64,000 bases of DNA from Octopus vulgaris (GCA_951406725.2 OX597821.1:74772001-74836000), one strand, 5' to 3'; positions 44,269 through 59,189 are shown, counted from the first letter of the stretch. Made by a program: numbers and translations. The notes: generated by a model not told the origin, from the letters alone.

Positions 44269-44421
44269 TAACAACAACCTCGAAAAATACCTTAGGAATG
44301 AGAACCCAGGTTCGAAATTTCTCCATGACACCTGATGAAGGCTGGAGGATATATCAGTCGAAGCGTTGTGTTAACAACGAACAAAATTAGGAAAAATACC
44401 CGTCAAATGTAGATAATGTAT
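43912..44421. mobile_element. Rearranged copy of the 34498-35197 PLE family (inverted piece, GIY-YIG C-terminus, pseudo-LTR)
   Basis: 43912-44027 is the reverse complement of about 34960-35101; 44075-44192 matches 34815-34940. Confidence 0.8.
44327..44372 (+). ncRNA. Minimal PLE-type hammerhead ribozyme (loopless stem III); A15.1 is G in this copy
   Basis: gacac-CTGATGA-a-ggctg...cagtc-GAAG-c-GTT-gtgtt. Confidence 0.65.
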
Positions 44422-44864
44422 GGTCGTTGTTGTTGTTCTTGCTGTTGTTGTCAAGGCGCAAACTAGCAGACTCGTTAATAATATTTCGTCCGTCTTTACG
44501 TTTTGAGTTCACATTCCCCCGAGGTCGACTTCGTCTTTCATCCTTTCAGAGTCGATAGAAAAAGTTCCAGCCAAGCACTGGTAATCACCTCCAAATTCCA
44601 GGCCTTCTACCTATAATACAAAGGTTTATTATTATTATTATTATTGGCAAATTTGAAAGTATGTTGAGGCCGTAAATTATATGTAGACATAACACTTAGA
44701 CCAGTATCTCGCACTGTGTGTGTGTGTGTTTCTTGTCCTGAATCTCATCGATTGATTCCGTGTGGTGTATATGTGTGCGTATGAGATTTTATGTTTGTAT
44801 ATATGCATCTCTCTCTCTCCTCTATTTCTCCCTTATATGCGTGTGTGCGTTTGTATGTATCCCA

Positions 44865-44914
<50 letters not shown>

Positions 44915-45939
44915 ATATGTACAGATATACTCAAACATATGTATATATGCATATATTTATTCACGCACAGTGCATAAATACCTACGTGTGTGTGTGTGTG
45001 TTGGCTATAATGGATTTACGTGAATAAATTACCTTTACATCACATAGATGAAAAAAAAGAAGCTGAAACGGAAATTAGAGGAGACACCCTACATCATATG
45101 AATTAATATATTGTGCAAATGTAAATATGTTTAATCTCAATGTGTAGGAAATGTTTGATCTAAAAGCTAAAATTATAGATAGGACGTAAGACCAGCCATC
45201 GGAGGTGGTTATTTTCAATGTTAATTCGGTTCGTTTCTTTTCCGACATTTAGATGTATCTGAAAAAAAAAAATATGGATAACGCATAGAAATTTTACAAA
45301 TGACTTCTATCGGTGTCAGGAGGAATTTTTATAATTGAGAAAAGTTCTGTCTCCGAAACCTGCGGCAGTTTGGTGAAGACGGCTATTTGTATCGTACCCC
45401 AAGTGATGTCAACTTTCCATTGCGGACATTCATATTTGTTAAAGACTCGGTTCCCCAAGCTGTAGGATTCTTTCCTTATTGTTTCGTTTGAAAAGAGAAA
45501 TATTTAGCAGAATGTTTACCGTTGAACCCCATTTTCCTCCCTAAGACACACGCACACACGTGAGATCAATGCGTTTGAAGTTCGTCTCGAACCTCTGCAA
45601 ACAATCAAAACGTGAACGGGGTCAAGTATTTTATGTCATGAATTGCCTGGAGTTTTTGGAGAAGTCATATTATGTTTTTATTATCGGTTAGTAAGTTCTT
45701 TAGTAAAAAGTGAAGAACAGCTGAGTGTCTGGAAAACTGAAAAGAGATTTAGATGCATTTGTCGGTTCCGTGCAAAAGTGGTGAAGGGACAACAAATTAG
45801 TCGAGATCCCTCGATGTGATAATGGCTGTTGCTCTTAAACTAGGATAGTCCTGTGTCAATCATGGTCCAGAAGATCTAGTCGAACCGTTTTAGCTCTGTC
45901 GTCCTGTACATTTTATTTATTTATTTATTTATTTACTTA

Positions 45940-46472
45940 TCTCTTTAACTTGTTTCAGTCATTTGACTGCGACCACCTTTAGTCGAATAAATCGAACCCA
46001 GGACTTATTCTCTGCAACCCTAGTACTTATTCTATCGGTCTCTTTTTCTGAAGCGCCAAGTTATGGGGGCGTAAACACACCAGCATTGGTTGTCATGCGA
46101 CGTTGGGGGGACAAACACACACACACACACACACAGAGAAACACACACACACGAACATACAGAAACACACATACACTCACATTATATACGTCGAGCTTCT
46201 TTCAGTTTCCGTCTATCACATCCACTCACAAGGTTTTGGTCGGCCGCGTCTATAGTAGAAGACACTTGCACATGTTGCCACGCAGTGGGACCGAACCCGG
46301 AACCATGTGGTTGGTAAGCAAGCTACTTACTACACAGCCACTCCATTCTGAAAGTGGGCGATTTCAACTTACAGGTGGTCGATGGGCTAACTTCTAGAAA
46401 ATTGTGGCCGATTTGAGATTCTGGTGGGCGACATAAACATTTTGTGGGTGACAATGAATTTTTAGAAATGAG
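45940..46472 (-). mobile_element. SINE family B variant with an extra 130-bp 5' module
   Basis: Near-identical inverted copy at 55545-56110. Confidence 0.85.
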
Positions 46473-48361
46473 GTCTGCACTTACTTATATCTAGGCATGC
46501 CTAGAATAAGGCTGCACTTGCATGAGATTATTAAAAATGCGAATTTGTTTATTGAATATTTTTGTCGCAGTCATTGAGATGGTTGTCATGTGTGCTAAAA
46601 ATAGCAGCCAAATAGGCCTAAGCCTTAAATCACAATCTACCTCAAATTTTTTTGGCATAATCGCATGAAGTCCCGCGTATAGAATTCAAATGCGCAAAAA
46701 TTTCCTGAAAACTCTGAAAAAATAATAAAGGTATGAGGGGTTACATGTCGTGCGTAATTCGGTGGTTTCATATCAAAACACAACTGCTATTTTCATGATG
46801 TTGACAAAATGTGCAGTCACACACAAAATGACAGCTTTGAAATCGTGTTTCTTGAGTGGGTGAAGATGATCAAACTTTAAACCTGTATAACTTTTTAAAA
46901 ACCTTTTTCTGGAAAAAGTTGAATAAGTCCAGCAATTTAGCTTGGAAAGCTATATTAATGTGCCAAATTTTTAAAATTTTCGATAGACTTTAATTTTGAA
47001 ATGATAGCAGTCAAACGAACTAGATCCGTATCTGTCTCTGCTGTCTTGACGTCTTCTTCTTTTTAGGAATACCATACTACCTTTCTGATACTGCCTGTAG
47101 AAATTTGTCTTCACATTTTCACTGATGCCTCCAGTCAAGAAAATTTGTCGACAGTACAGTAGTGATTATTTATCCTTTGGATTTATTCCCTCTCCTCAGA
47201 ACTCTCAGTTACCAATGTGCCTTCTTTGCCATCAAGCATTGACCAACGAAGCAACGAAACCTCCACGCTTGTAGTAAAATGACTTCATCGAAGAATAAAA
47301 CTTACATTTACCTTAACCGAGATCCTCGCATATTTTCATTTTTGACTCGATGAATGAATAAATCAAAATCCATATTTTATGACGCCATAAGCGCACAACA
47401 AGAGACACAACTTTCTCATGCCATTTCTTCTGTTCCTCAGTCATTTTTGTATTTTCCAAATCTTTCTTTCTGTATTGTCCTCGGTGTCGCATACTGTACA
47501 CCTTTTGTGGATTTCCTAAACGCCTTGTTCTTATTAAAGCAGCCGTTTTCGAGGCGTTTCTTCATGCCACGCCAGGAATATCTTGTCTCCAGTTAGGTCT
47601 GGTAGATCCGCCAATCAATGATATGTGTTCTTGCCAACAACATCAACGTAGTTAAACGGTTCGCAAAAAAAAAACAAAAAACAAACAATATTTTCAGTGA
47701 AGGAGACGTATGTGATATGATTAAACCAATTCGACAGGTATTAATCGTAAAGGTAAGATGAAAGATTTCCCCCCAGGGAATAAAGTAACACGAGATCTTG
47801 CTTGTGAATCAATCTACTGACACTCCGTCTGTTGCGACAATGAGGTTTCCAGTCGACCCGATCATGAAATACCCGTGCAAGGGGCTGAGCTCTTCACAGA
47901 CACGCTCACCTTTCACGGAGTTCTCAGGGAGATTCGGCATGACACAGAATGGGACAAGCCTGGCTCTTTCAAATACAGGTATTGTTCAGTTTTGTCAGCA
48001 GAGAGGACTGGAGCACCATGAGAATAATTTGCCTTGCTTAATATAAGGAGTAGTGAATTATTTCTTTTAATACAATATCAATTATATATACTTCAGCTGC
48101 GATACAATATTGTGGAACAAGGTGGCAAATTAGCAGAACGTCGGATAAGAGTGCCGTTCGATATCTGTCGAGATATGTGTCCCTTTGTGAATTCAAGCAC
48201 TCCCGAGCCGAAGTCTTCTTTTAGCATTGTTCTGGAGTCGATAAATAAAGCGCAAATATTATATTAGGTCAATTTCTTTCATTCTGCAGTAGATTCCTGT
48301 TCATTCTTTCTCTCTGAATTGAAGCATTAACCCAAAGGTTGAGCCTCGCCATATTCTAACG

Positions 48362-48548
48362 TAGTGCACCACAACTAATAATGCCGCGGCACACTAGTGT
48401 GTCACGAGACGATGCTAAGTGTGCCGCAGTGTAACCTAAATATAATCTTTTCCCCAATGCTTTTAATTATATTTTTAGTTCATGTATGGCACCAAATTTA
48501 GAAAAGAATATAAGTGTACCACAAGTGAAAAACGGTTGCGGAGCACTT
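48362..48548. mobile_element. hAT-type MITE
   Basis: TIRs tagtgcaccacaac / gttgcggagcactt; exact 8-bp TSD TTCTAACG at 48354-48361 and 48549-48556. Confidence 0.85.
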
Positions 48549-49353
48549 TTCTAACGCGAGGGTATACTTATCTGTCGGATATTCCGATGCTTACTTGTTT
48601 TACGAATATGAATTTAGTTGATCATAAAAACCGACTGGTCATCATCGACCGATATCATGAAGTGTTAATCACTTACCATATCATGTTAATAGAATATATT
48701 GTTGATATGTGAATTTCGTGGAATGTTAATTATTTGAATTTTATTCTGATTTCAAATGAGGCCATTCCAAATTAGATTATCATTCCTTTGAGTACCGTTA
48801 TGTAAATGTCTGCTCAATCACACCAATTCCTCCATCGAAAACAGACAAGGAGTTGGACATAAGCATTACTGAATATCATGGAAGTCTGCAGATAATACTC
48901 ACCACAATTTGTAGGCTTTTAATACAAGTGTCTTCTCAACATAAACAATATAACAAAGTAATTATTGAAGATGTTCGTAGACTGACAACACTGTCATAGT
49001 ATACGAGACACACACACACACTTACACACACTTACACACACATACACACATACACACATACACACATACGCACGCGCGCGCCAGGGCGTGTGTGAGTGTG
49101 TGCGTGTTTCGTGTGTGAAGGTGGGTGTCTCCAGTTGCGTGAGCGTTCGTTTGACTCTTGCATCAGACTAGTTTTTACCTGACCCACGAAACTGGTTTGG
49201 CTTAGAAAAAATTAGTTTATACATACATACACACACACATACATACGTGCATACATATATAGACACTTACAAACATACATACACATATGCTGCGTATATA
49301 TATATATATATATATTATATGTGTGTGTGTGCATTCACACATACATACATACA

Positions 49354-49432
<79 letters not shown>

Positions 49433-49649
49433 GAATATATATATATGTATATGTATACGTATCCATATGTTCGAGAGCACGTAGGGCTGTGAAATATTCT
49501 TGCGGTAAACTTATATTCATATGCATATATACATATATGTGCTTGTGTGTGTGTGTGTGTGAATTTAGGAATAGGTATATTTCTAGTAAGTTTTTATATA
49601 TATATGCACATATGCGCAAACATATATGACCACACATACACACACACAA

Positions 49650-49737
<88 letters not shown>

Positions 49738-49741
49738 ATAT

Positions 49742-49816
<75 letters not shown>

Positions 49817-50101
49817 GTTTGTATGTATATATATCTATCTCTCTTTCTCTGTGTGTGTGTATATATATATATATATATCTATCTCTCTTTCTCTCTGTGT
49901 GTATATATATATATATATGTGTGTGTATGTATATATATCAATATATATCAAAAGAGGGATGTATTCTTCGCAACTTTAAATTTTTACCGTTGACAAACAA
50001 AAAATTGTTGAAACTAGTTTGGTATGTATGTAAATTAATTTACTTAAAAACAATTAGTAGTTTGTCAAATTCAGGTGCACTTTCAACAACAAATTCTCAT
50101 C

Positions 50102-50146
<45 letters not shown>

Positions 50147-50251
50147 AAGTTCAGCAAAATTTAGATTCAGAGGAATATGGTACTTAAGTTAAAGGCATCA
50201 GAATTTGGCATGGTGTTATCCATATAAATCCATGGGATGATTATAATCAAA

Positions 50252-50452
50252 ATAAGCAACAAGGATATCCAAGGTAGTGTAGTACAATCGTTTCATGCTA
50301 CTTCATTTTATTATACACTGTAAATATTACATCAGTTTGAAAATGTCGAGCTGAAGATTCCTCGACATTTTAAAACTGATGTAATACTTAGTGTTTAATA
50401 GAATGAAGTAGCATGAAACGATTGTACTACACTACCTTGGATATCCTTGTTG

Positions 50453-50457
<5 letters not shown>
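50252..50457. repeat. Near-perfect palindrome, about 98-bp arms and 10-nt loop
   Basis: ataagcaacaaggatatccaagg...tgtcgag-ctgaagattc-ctcgaca...ccttggatatccttgttgcttat. Confidence 0.92.
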
Positions 50458-50486
<29 letters not shown>

Positions 50487-50718
50487 TATTTCATCTTTCA
50501 GATGTTCTCCCTGGAGGTAAGACAATTTTTTTCAAGTTTGTTGCACACACGCATTTTTGCTAGTACATACGCGGTGAAGCTATACATTAGCGCCGTATTT
50601 ATTACGTTCGCTATTTTCCAGTAAATATCGGTACTTCGTTGTGCCATATATTTACTTCTATGTATAATTTTCCCTCACGGGCTATTCTTTACTGGAAAGC
50701 AATACTCTCGTATTGCAT

Positions 50719-50807
<89 letters not shown>

Positions 50808-51676
50808 ATATATGTTGTATACCGCTTGTTGCAATTCGCGACGTGTAAAAATAAGTATTTAAAAGACAAATACCTTTATGAAATTCTATCGCTGTCGCAA
50901 AGTTTCGTGAAATAGCACTTCTCGTAACATTTGCGATTATCTCATTGCAGATATACATATTCAAATCGCATTCAACTTTCTCTAATATAATCTATTTCAA
51001 AATGGCCTTTTTGATATATGCTTTTTTGCTCAAAACATCACAAAGTTCAGTTTTTTGTTCCGAAGATAGATGTTAAAGCTATTTTTTTTTTAATATAGAG
51101 TCGTGTATATATGTATGTTGTTACATTTCGGGACAAACAAACGTATTATATATTCGTTCTTCACTTCAAATTTATTATTGTTCTTATTTTTTATTCTTTA
51201 TCAGGAAAACTTACGTCACACATCCTGTGACTCTCCGTCCAAGTGTCTCCTTCTATTCTGTTTAGTCCGTTCTTTCCACGTAAGACTATCCACATACTTG
51301 ATCCTGAGTTATGTATCCCAATTTAGCGTGTATAGGAAGTCATGCGTTCAACGCCAACTCCATGGGCTTTAGGAATTTTAGCTTCCATATTTGTTTGTTC
51401 CTTTATGTATTTTCTGCGCCTTTTTAAAAAAAAAACCTGTGTGTGTGCGTATGTGTGTCTGTGTGTGTGCGTATGTGTATGTGAGAGAGTGTTTGTGTAT
51501 ATGTGTGTGTGAATATATATATACATACACAGATATAGATGCAGGTGCAAAAGTGGCTGTGTGGTGAGAAGCTTGCTTCCCAATAACATGATTCCAGGTT
51601 CAGTCCCACTGTTTGGCACCTTGGGCAAATGTCTTCTACTATATTCTCGGATTGACCAAAATCTCTGAGTCGATTT

Positions 51677-52890
51677 AAAATTATAGTAGCTACTAATCTC
51701 TCAATAGTTGATTATTTAGATGTTTCCCTAGATCTAAACTCCTCCTCGTATAAACATTTCCATAAGCCCAAATAAGACACTCGCATATATACATAAACAA
51801 TCTTGTCACCTTCCTGTAATATTTAAAAGCCTCAAAGCTAATATTAGTTACACAGTGTGTAACCTTTCTTCTTCTAAAGAAACTTTCGAGAAAGCTTCCC
51901 CCTATTATAGCAATGCTCTAGCCAATAGTTGCTTCAAAGATAAATTAATATATAATCTTTCTAATAATAATGATCAAAATATTGATAATAAATCTAGTGG
52001 CATCAAACATAAAGTAATACATAATCCCTGTAGGATTAATCAGAATAACAATAATAAGAAACCTAAGAATAGGTAAAGGAAAATTATTTTGTTAGCCCTT
52101 CCCTTTTCCTTTAATATAAAAACTGACATAGACAAAAGACTCCTTTCTCTCTTAGACAAACACTTTCCAGCAACTCACAGATATATTTAAATATTTCATA
52201 GGCTTTCTAAGGCGGTAAGCTGGCAGAAACGTTAGCAAATGCTGAGCGGTATTTCGTCTGTCTTTACGTTCTTAGTTCAAATTCCGACGCGGTCAATTTT
52301 GCATTTCATCATTTCGGGGTCGATAAATTAAGTACCAGTTGCATGCAGAGGTCGACCGAATCGACTGTCCCCCTCCCACCAAATTTCGGGCCTTGTGCCT
52401 AGAATAGAAAAGAATATTTAATAGGCGTTCTGAGAAATTATCATATAGCTGCTGCCCCAATATGAAGGACATCATTACACGTAGTCAATACCAAGAGCTG
52501 AAATCCAGTTGCAACTGAGGTGACGCAGGATCCTGTCCACTTGACCAACGATGTATGACTAAATCTATCATATATGAGGCAGAAGTTACTACAACCCTCG
52601 ATAATAATACAACTGATAAGAAAACCTATATTGGATTATCTGAAGGCGAATATAAAAATCGCTATGTTAATAGCATAGCCTCCTTCTGTTATAGGGCGAA
52701 AAGTAAAGCTACTACGTTGGCTAGATACGTTTGGAAGATAACGAAACATCACACGTTATTAGATGGAAAATAATTGAGAAATCCATACCTTATGGGAATG
52801 GATCGAATTAATGTAAGATTTGTTTAGCTGAAAGAGCGATTATACTGTTTAGATCTGACAACAACCCCAGCAGTATTCCTTAAGTATAAT
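51677..52890 (+). mobile_element. Degenerate Penelope-like element (Naiad-like): RT C-terminus plus GIY-YIG, interrupted by SINE A (52210-52414)
   Basis: VDYLDVSLDL, NLSSSKETFEKASPYYSNAL, LDKHFP, KLSYSCCPNM, CPLDQRC, IIYEAEV...YIGLSEGEYKNRY, CKICLAE. Confidence 0.8.
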
Positions 52891-52894
52891 ACTT

Positions 52895-53303
52895 ATTTAT
52901 TTATTGCCGACAAGGGGCTAAACATAGAGGGGACAAAGGCAGACAAAAGGTTGAAGTCGAATATATCGACCTCAGTGCGAAACTGGTCCTTATTTAATCG
53001 ACCCCGAAAGGATGAAACACAAAGTCGAGCTCGGCGGAGTTTGAACTCAGAACGTAGCGGCAGGTAAATACCTATTTCTTCACTACCCACAAGGGGCTAA
53101 ACACAGAGAGGATAAACAAGGATAGACAAACGGATTAAGTCGATTATATCGACCCCAGTGCGTAACTGGTACTTATTTAATCGACACCGAAAGGATGAAA
53201 GGCGAAGTCGACCTCGGTGGAATTTGAACTCAGAACGTAATGGCAGACGCAATACGGCTACGCATTTCGCCTGGCGTGCTAACGATTCTGCCAGCTCAAC
53301 GCC
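52895..53303 (-). mobile_element. SINE family A, partial tandem dimer
   Basis: Same structure as 7103-7512. Confidence 0.87.
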
Positions 53304-53653
53304 CTTACCTTAGTATAATATTGAAATACGCCAGCGATACTTGTACGCTGATTTGAACTCAAAGCCTATACAGCGGTTGTACAGTAGCATATTGTTTGGT
53401 CATTTCATGTTCGCAGGCAAAACGGCAATAACTGCTGGTTGCATATATGTTCGAACATGTTCGATTATTCCGGATATTGATTTAGTTGACTATAAATCTG
53501 AATGATCAAAGAAAACTATCATATCTTGATTTATTTCTGAAGTCTTCAAGTTTCTTTATGTAAATGTTCACTTCTGATATTCCTTACATACACTGGTCTA
53601 CATGTCTACCTATAATCATAGATGTACTTGATAGGTTAATAAATGTTGCACTG

Positions 53654-54135
<482 letters not shown>

Positions 54136-54384
54136 AAATGCTAGCTGTTTCAGGTAACGAAAGCGACCAGTTAGAGCAAATACTCTATAAATATAATCTG
54201 TGCGCAGAGAAGTAAAAATATACGAGAGTATTTTAAAGTTCAGCCTGTAAAACTTCACGGTCGGTTTTCTTTCTTTCATTACAACTCCTTCTGTAGAAGA
54301 AGGGCTAAACAAAAAAATTAAACAAGAAACACATATAAGCGCGCGCGCGCGCACACACACACATACACACACAAACGCACGTAA

Positions 54385-54526
54385 GCGCAGGTGTGGCTGT
54401 GGTAAGAAACTTGCTTCCCAACCACATGGTCCCAACCATGTGGTGTCTTCTTCAATCTCGGTCTGACCAAAGCCTTGTGAGTCGATTTGGTAGAGGGAAA
54501 CTGAAAGAGGCCCATCGTATATATAA

Positions 54527-54616
<90 letters not shown>

Positions 54617-54830
54617 TTGTGTGTATTTGTGTATGTCTGTTTGTCTCCACTCTATCGTTTGACAGCCGTTCGTGGTACGTTTACGTCCCCGTAACTTAGT
54701 AATTCGGCAAAAGGGAACGATAGAATAAGTACAAGGCTTACAAAAAATAAGTCCTGGGGTCGGTTTGTTCGACTAAAAGCTGTACTCCAGGAAGGCCGCA
54801 GTCAAATGACTAAAACGAGTAAAAAAGTAT
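54385..54830 (+). mobile_element. SINE family B
   Basis: Head, body and tail motifs. Confidence 0.83.
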
Positions 54831-54834
54831 AAGA

Positions 54835-54865
<31 letters not shown>

Positions 54866-54866
<1 letters not shown>

Positions 54867-55198
54867 CTTGTGTATGTTTCGGGCAAAGATAGGTCTGTCT
54901 CGTTTTGTGGTATCATGGTCCATTCGAGTAGGAAGTTCTTGTTTAGTTGTATCCATTAAGGGTGGCTTTCCTGGTATCCCTTGAAGAAATTTGTCCAAAT
55001 TCTGTTTAAAGGTGATGGCATCTTTTCCTCTTTGATTTGTTTTGGGACAATGTTAAATAGGGCAGGGCCTGTTGAGGAAAAGAAAATGGGTTGTAGTGTA
55101 TTTATGTGTTGTGATCCTGAGTTGCTTAGGGGATATATGACACGTGGTCCTAGCCGTATATGAATTCTGAAACTAATGTTGAAGTCGCTTGGGCAATT
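54866..55198 (-). mobile_element. 3' fragment of the CR1/L2-group LINE family at 1-1268
   Basis: HFFSSTGPALFNIVPKQIKEEK...DKFLQGIP matches the C-terminus of ORF 85..1173. Confidence 0.85.
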
Positions 55199-55502
55199 TC
55201 TTTCTCTCTTGTTATTACTTCCTGTTACTGGGTTTTAATTTATGGATGGTAAATCTCTGGATTTCTATCTAACAGTTTTTTCTAAAACAAAAACTAAAGA
55301 AGGCACAGTCTATCTTTACTTCGATGTTTACCTTTTACTCACCAATCAAATGTTATTTTGTCCAATGCCCTCCTTGCAAAGAATGAATTTTGTGTGTATA
55401 TTTAGAGTAGAACGGTTGTTGCAACGATGATGTTCTGCTGATCTGATGTACTGGCTTTTTTATTTTCATTTATCAGTAAAAAATTGTAATGAACAAGGAT
55501 TA

Positions 55503-55835
55503 GGCGCAGGAGTGGCTGTGTGGTAAGTAGATTGCTTACCAACCACTTCATTTCTAAAAATTCATTGTCACCCACAAAATGTTCATGTCGCCCACCAGAA
55601 TCTCAAATCGGCCACCATTTTCTAGAAGTTAGCCCATCGCCCACCTGTAAGTTGAAACCGCCCACTTTCAGAATGGAGTGGCTGTGTGGTAAGTAGCTTG
55701 CTTACCAACCACATGGTTCCGGGTTCGGTCCCACTGCGTGGCAACATGTGCAAGTGTCTTCTTCTATAGACGCGGCCCGACCAAAGCCTTGTGAGTGGTT
55801 TTGGTAGACGGAAACTGAAAGAAGCCCATCGTATA

Positions 55836-55916
<81 letters not shown>

Positions 55917-56139
55917 ATATGTTTGTACGTCTGTGTTTGTCCCCCAACATCGCCTGACAACCGATGATGGTGTATTTACGTCCCCGTAACTTAGCGGTTC
56001 GGCAAAACAGACCGATAGAATAAGTACTAGGCTTACAAAGAATAAGTCCTGGGGTCGATTTGCTCGACTAAAGGCTGTGCTCCAGCATGGCCGCAGTCAA
56101 ATGACTGAAACAAGTAAAAGAGTAAAGAGAGAGTAAAAG
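55503..56139 (+). mobile_element. SINE family B variant: duplicated head flanking a 130-bp module
   Basis: ggagtggctgtgtggtaagtag(a/c)ttgcttaccaaccac at both 55509 and 55675. Confidence 0.87.
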
Positions 56140-56874
56140 ACCCATACATAAAAATGCTAACATGAAAGAATAATTTCTGTTATGCAAAAATTAAATTTCA
56201 TATGAAATCTAATATCTCTTATGAGAGATCTTCTCAAGGTAAATAACGCAGTGCTCTTTGTCTTAACACAACGTCAACGCTAAGCTGGAGATAAAGATTA
56301 GCATTTGGTATTAAAACGACTTCTGTCTTTATTAATTGTTTTCTAATAAGCCCACTGGCTATTAGCGACATCAGTGCATGACAGGTCAATGTCGATGGGA
56401 CGGACATTCGGCTGTTATGACCTGACCGGATGTCTGTCACTGAAATGTGCAAAACAGAGCATCACGTGATTTACCAGTTCCGGCGGTCGTAGCAGACGGT
56501 TCCCAAGTGCCAACGGTATGAATACAAGTGCTTTTACGACACACCCCGCTCCGCGCGTGCGTATGTATGTATGTATGTATGTATGTATGTATGTATGTAT
56601 GTATGTATGTATGTATGTATGTATGTATGTATAGATAGATATATATGAATCATATGAAGTCACATGGAAATCGTAATGCCTAGATAGCTGATGATCTTGG
56701 ACACCAACCGTCTCTCAATACTTGTGTCATACGTCAAAAATCTGTTAAGACAATATCTGGACTTAAAAGACACAATGCTAGTTCCCAAAAACATTCATTC
56801 AGAATCAGATTCCAAAGGGCAAAGATGTGTGGTGTGCGTGTTGATAGGACGGCTTGTCAAGATGATGCAATCAT

Positions 56875-56921
<47 letters not shown>

Positions 56922-56944
56922 TATAAGTATATTTATACATACAC

Positions 56945-57072
<128 letters not shown>

Positions 57073-57221
57073 GTGGGATCAGATCCTAGTGACAACGTAG
57101 GTGAGTTGAGTATAGAAATTCGGGGTGAGTACTTGATAATTATAAGCACCTGTGTATACCGTTTGGTGGTGTAGGTGGTGGAGTAAATTGATCAAAATAA
57201 AAACATGATGCGAAGGATTCA

Positions 57222-57299
57222 GCGGTACATATGTTTCGGGCCTTTATTAGACAGATTTATAACAATGCATAATGTTTGTCTGTGGCCTTCTTCAGCCGC
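57222..57299 (-). ncRNA. Type I hammerhead ribozyme with complete core, in a (TA)n-flanked PLE-type insert (57072-57467)
   Basis: Minus strand gcgg-CTGAAGA-aggcc...ggccc-GAAAC-atat-GTA-ccgc; palindromic stem III acatatgt. Confidence 0.8.
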
Positions 57300-57462
57300 G
57301 CACAACAGCTTCCACAAGGACATGTGTTACATCAAAAATTCTTGGTTGGGGATGCAAATCCTCTCATTCGCGTACGACATAATGCGGCAGCAGCATAGAA
57401 TTGAAGCGTCCATCTCTTTCTTCTCTCAATGAATCCTTCGCATCATGTTTTTATTTTGATCA

Positions 57463-57503
<41 letters not shown>

Positions 57504-59020
57504 GTGGTGCAGTTACTAAAATATTGAATTGTATAGGAGATTCATAAAATTAACTGGGGTATTCGGGTTTATTTAATATACATATTTTGCTAGTATTGCA
57601 CTAATGACCTTGTCTTAATTTTCTGACGTAGTCCAGCTAGGACTACACTATCCACTCTGCTCCTTTTTCTTAATCATAGACTGGTATTTGACGAAGATTT
57701 ATTTCCTATGCTCACACAAGCACCTACAGAAGAGGACTCGACCCCCTTTACTGGTTTCACGCAAAATTATTTCTTTTTAAAACTGCAAAATGTGTCAAAA
57801 TATATTTGTAATTTCTGAAACGATTTGAGCAAAATATTTACGTTATAATTGGCCAGAAAGTCGGGCACAAATGTGACGGATAGATTTCAATTTATTCAGA
57901 TTTTGTTTTAGATTAGAAACAAAAGAATGAGATCTGAAACAAAAGTTCTTATCTTTATCAAAGGCTGAAAAACTATGGAGATACCGTATATAATACTCAT
58001 GGATCTTGTTTAGCAAGTAAGGTAGGAATAATTTGAGAAATCAGCATTACCGTGGGAGAATAATATTCTTTCTTTCTGTTGCTCGGCTTACTATAGCCAC
58101 CTGGTGGAACAATAGGTGAGAACAGATTAAGAAGTATTTTAATATACAATTATACAAATATGCGAATTGTTGCTCTTGTTTTTTGTTCTTTGTTGACTTA
58201 AATTTTAGGTTTTGTTTCATAATTTCTTTTCAGATTATATCGGTCACAATTAATCGTTCAATAAATACATGCTAACACAAAAAACATTTTATACAGTTTT
58301 GAAATTACCAAGTACCATTTTCAGACACAATCGTTTCTATGGACATGAGAATACAATTTGGCCTTTATAATGAAAATAAAAATATCAAAAAAAAAAAAAA
58401 AACCCACAAAACTAGCGAGTCAATGAAAGAACCTCCATGGCGTGGCTCAAAATGCTAGAAAGAGTAACCAAATCTGCTTTCTCTTACACCACGGTTTTAA
58501 AATATTTGAATTTATAAATGGATACCATTATTTTTGTCTCACTTATCAGTGGAACGTATAGAGCTAACGATGGGATATAGTCACCCGATGATATCCTGAA
58601 ATAGTAGCTAAATTTCCCTCATATCACATTGTTATAGTTCTTAAAAAAGGAGAAAGCTATATTTATACTCATATACAGTTACTGCAAACATAAGGACTTA
58701 CTTTTGAAAAGAAGATTTTCATTAAACGCCTGCTCAATCATAAAATCATGTTCAGTAAAAATAACATCTGAGGGCAGACTCGAACTGCTATAATTCGATG
58801 GTAGTTTAATTACCAAGTGAAAACATCGAGTTTCATTCATTAACAAGGATCGACTTTCATTTATACAAGGCACGAAATTTTGGAGGAGGGGGGGGCATCG
58901 ATTAGATTGACCCCCAGTAAGCAACTGGTATTTACTTTATTGACTCCGAAAAGATGGAAGGCAAAGTTGACCTCGAATCGACTTTTATTTCAGTGCTATA
59001 TTTAAGAGATGAGGAATTAT

Positions 59021-59189
59021 GTACATTATTTACAATATTTACATTCGACGGATATACCTTAGTAATGAGAACCCAGGTTCGAAATTTCTCCAAGACACCT
59101 GATGAAGGGTGGAGGGTATATCAGCCGAAATGTGTTAACAACAAGCAAGATGAGGACAAATACCCGTCAAATGTAGATAATGTAAATAA
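59021..59189 (+). mobile_element. Solo PLE pseudo-LTR with inverted tail and a damaged minimal hammerhead (59094-59136)
   Basis: gacac-CTGATGA-agggtg...cagcc-GAAA-tgtgtt (CGT missing relative to 44327); the 5' end is the inverted tail. Confidence 0.7.

Noticed and set aside
46630-47700. Possible decayed DNA transposon fragments (also 37630-38045)
   Set aside because: No clear TIR, TSD or protein motif that I can support.
56399-56439. Hairpin gacggacattcgg/ccggatgtctgtc as a pre-miRNA
   Set aside because: Stem is only about 13 bp and no recognised miRNA sequence.
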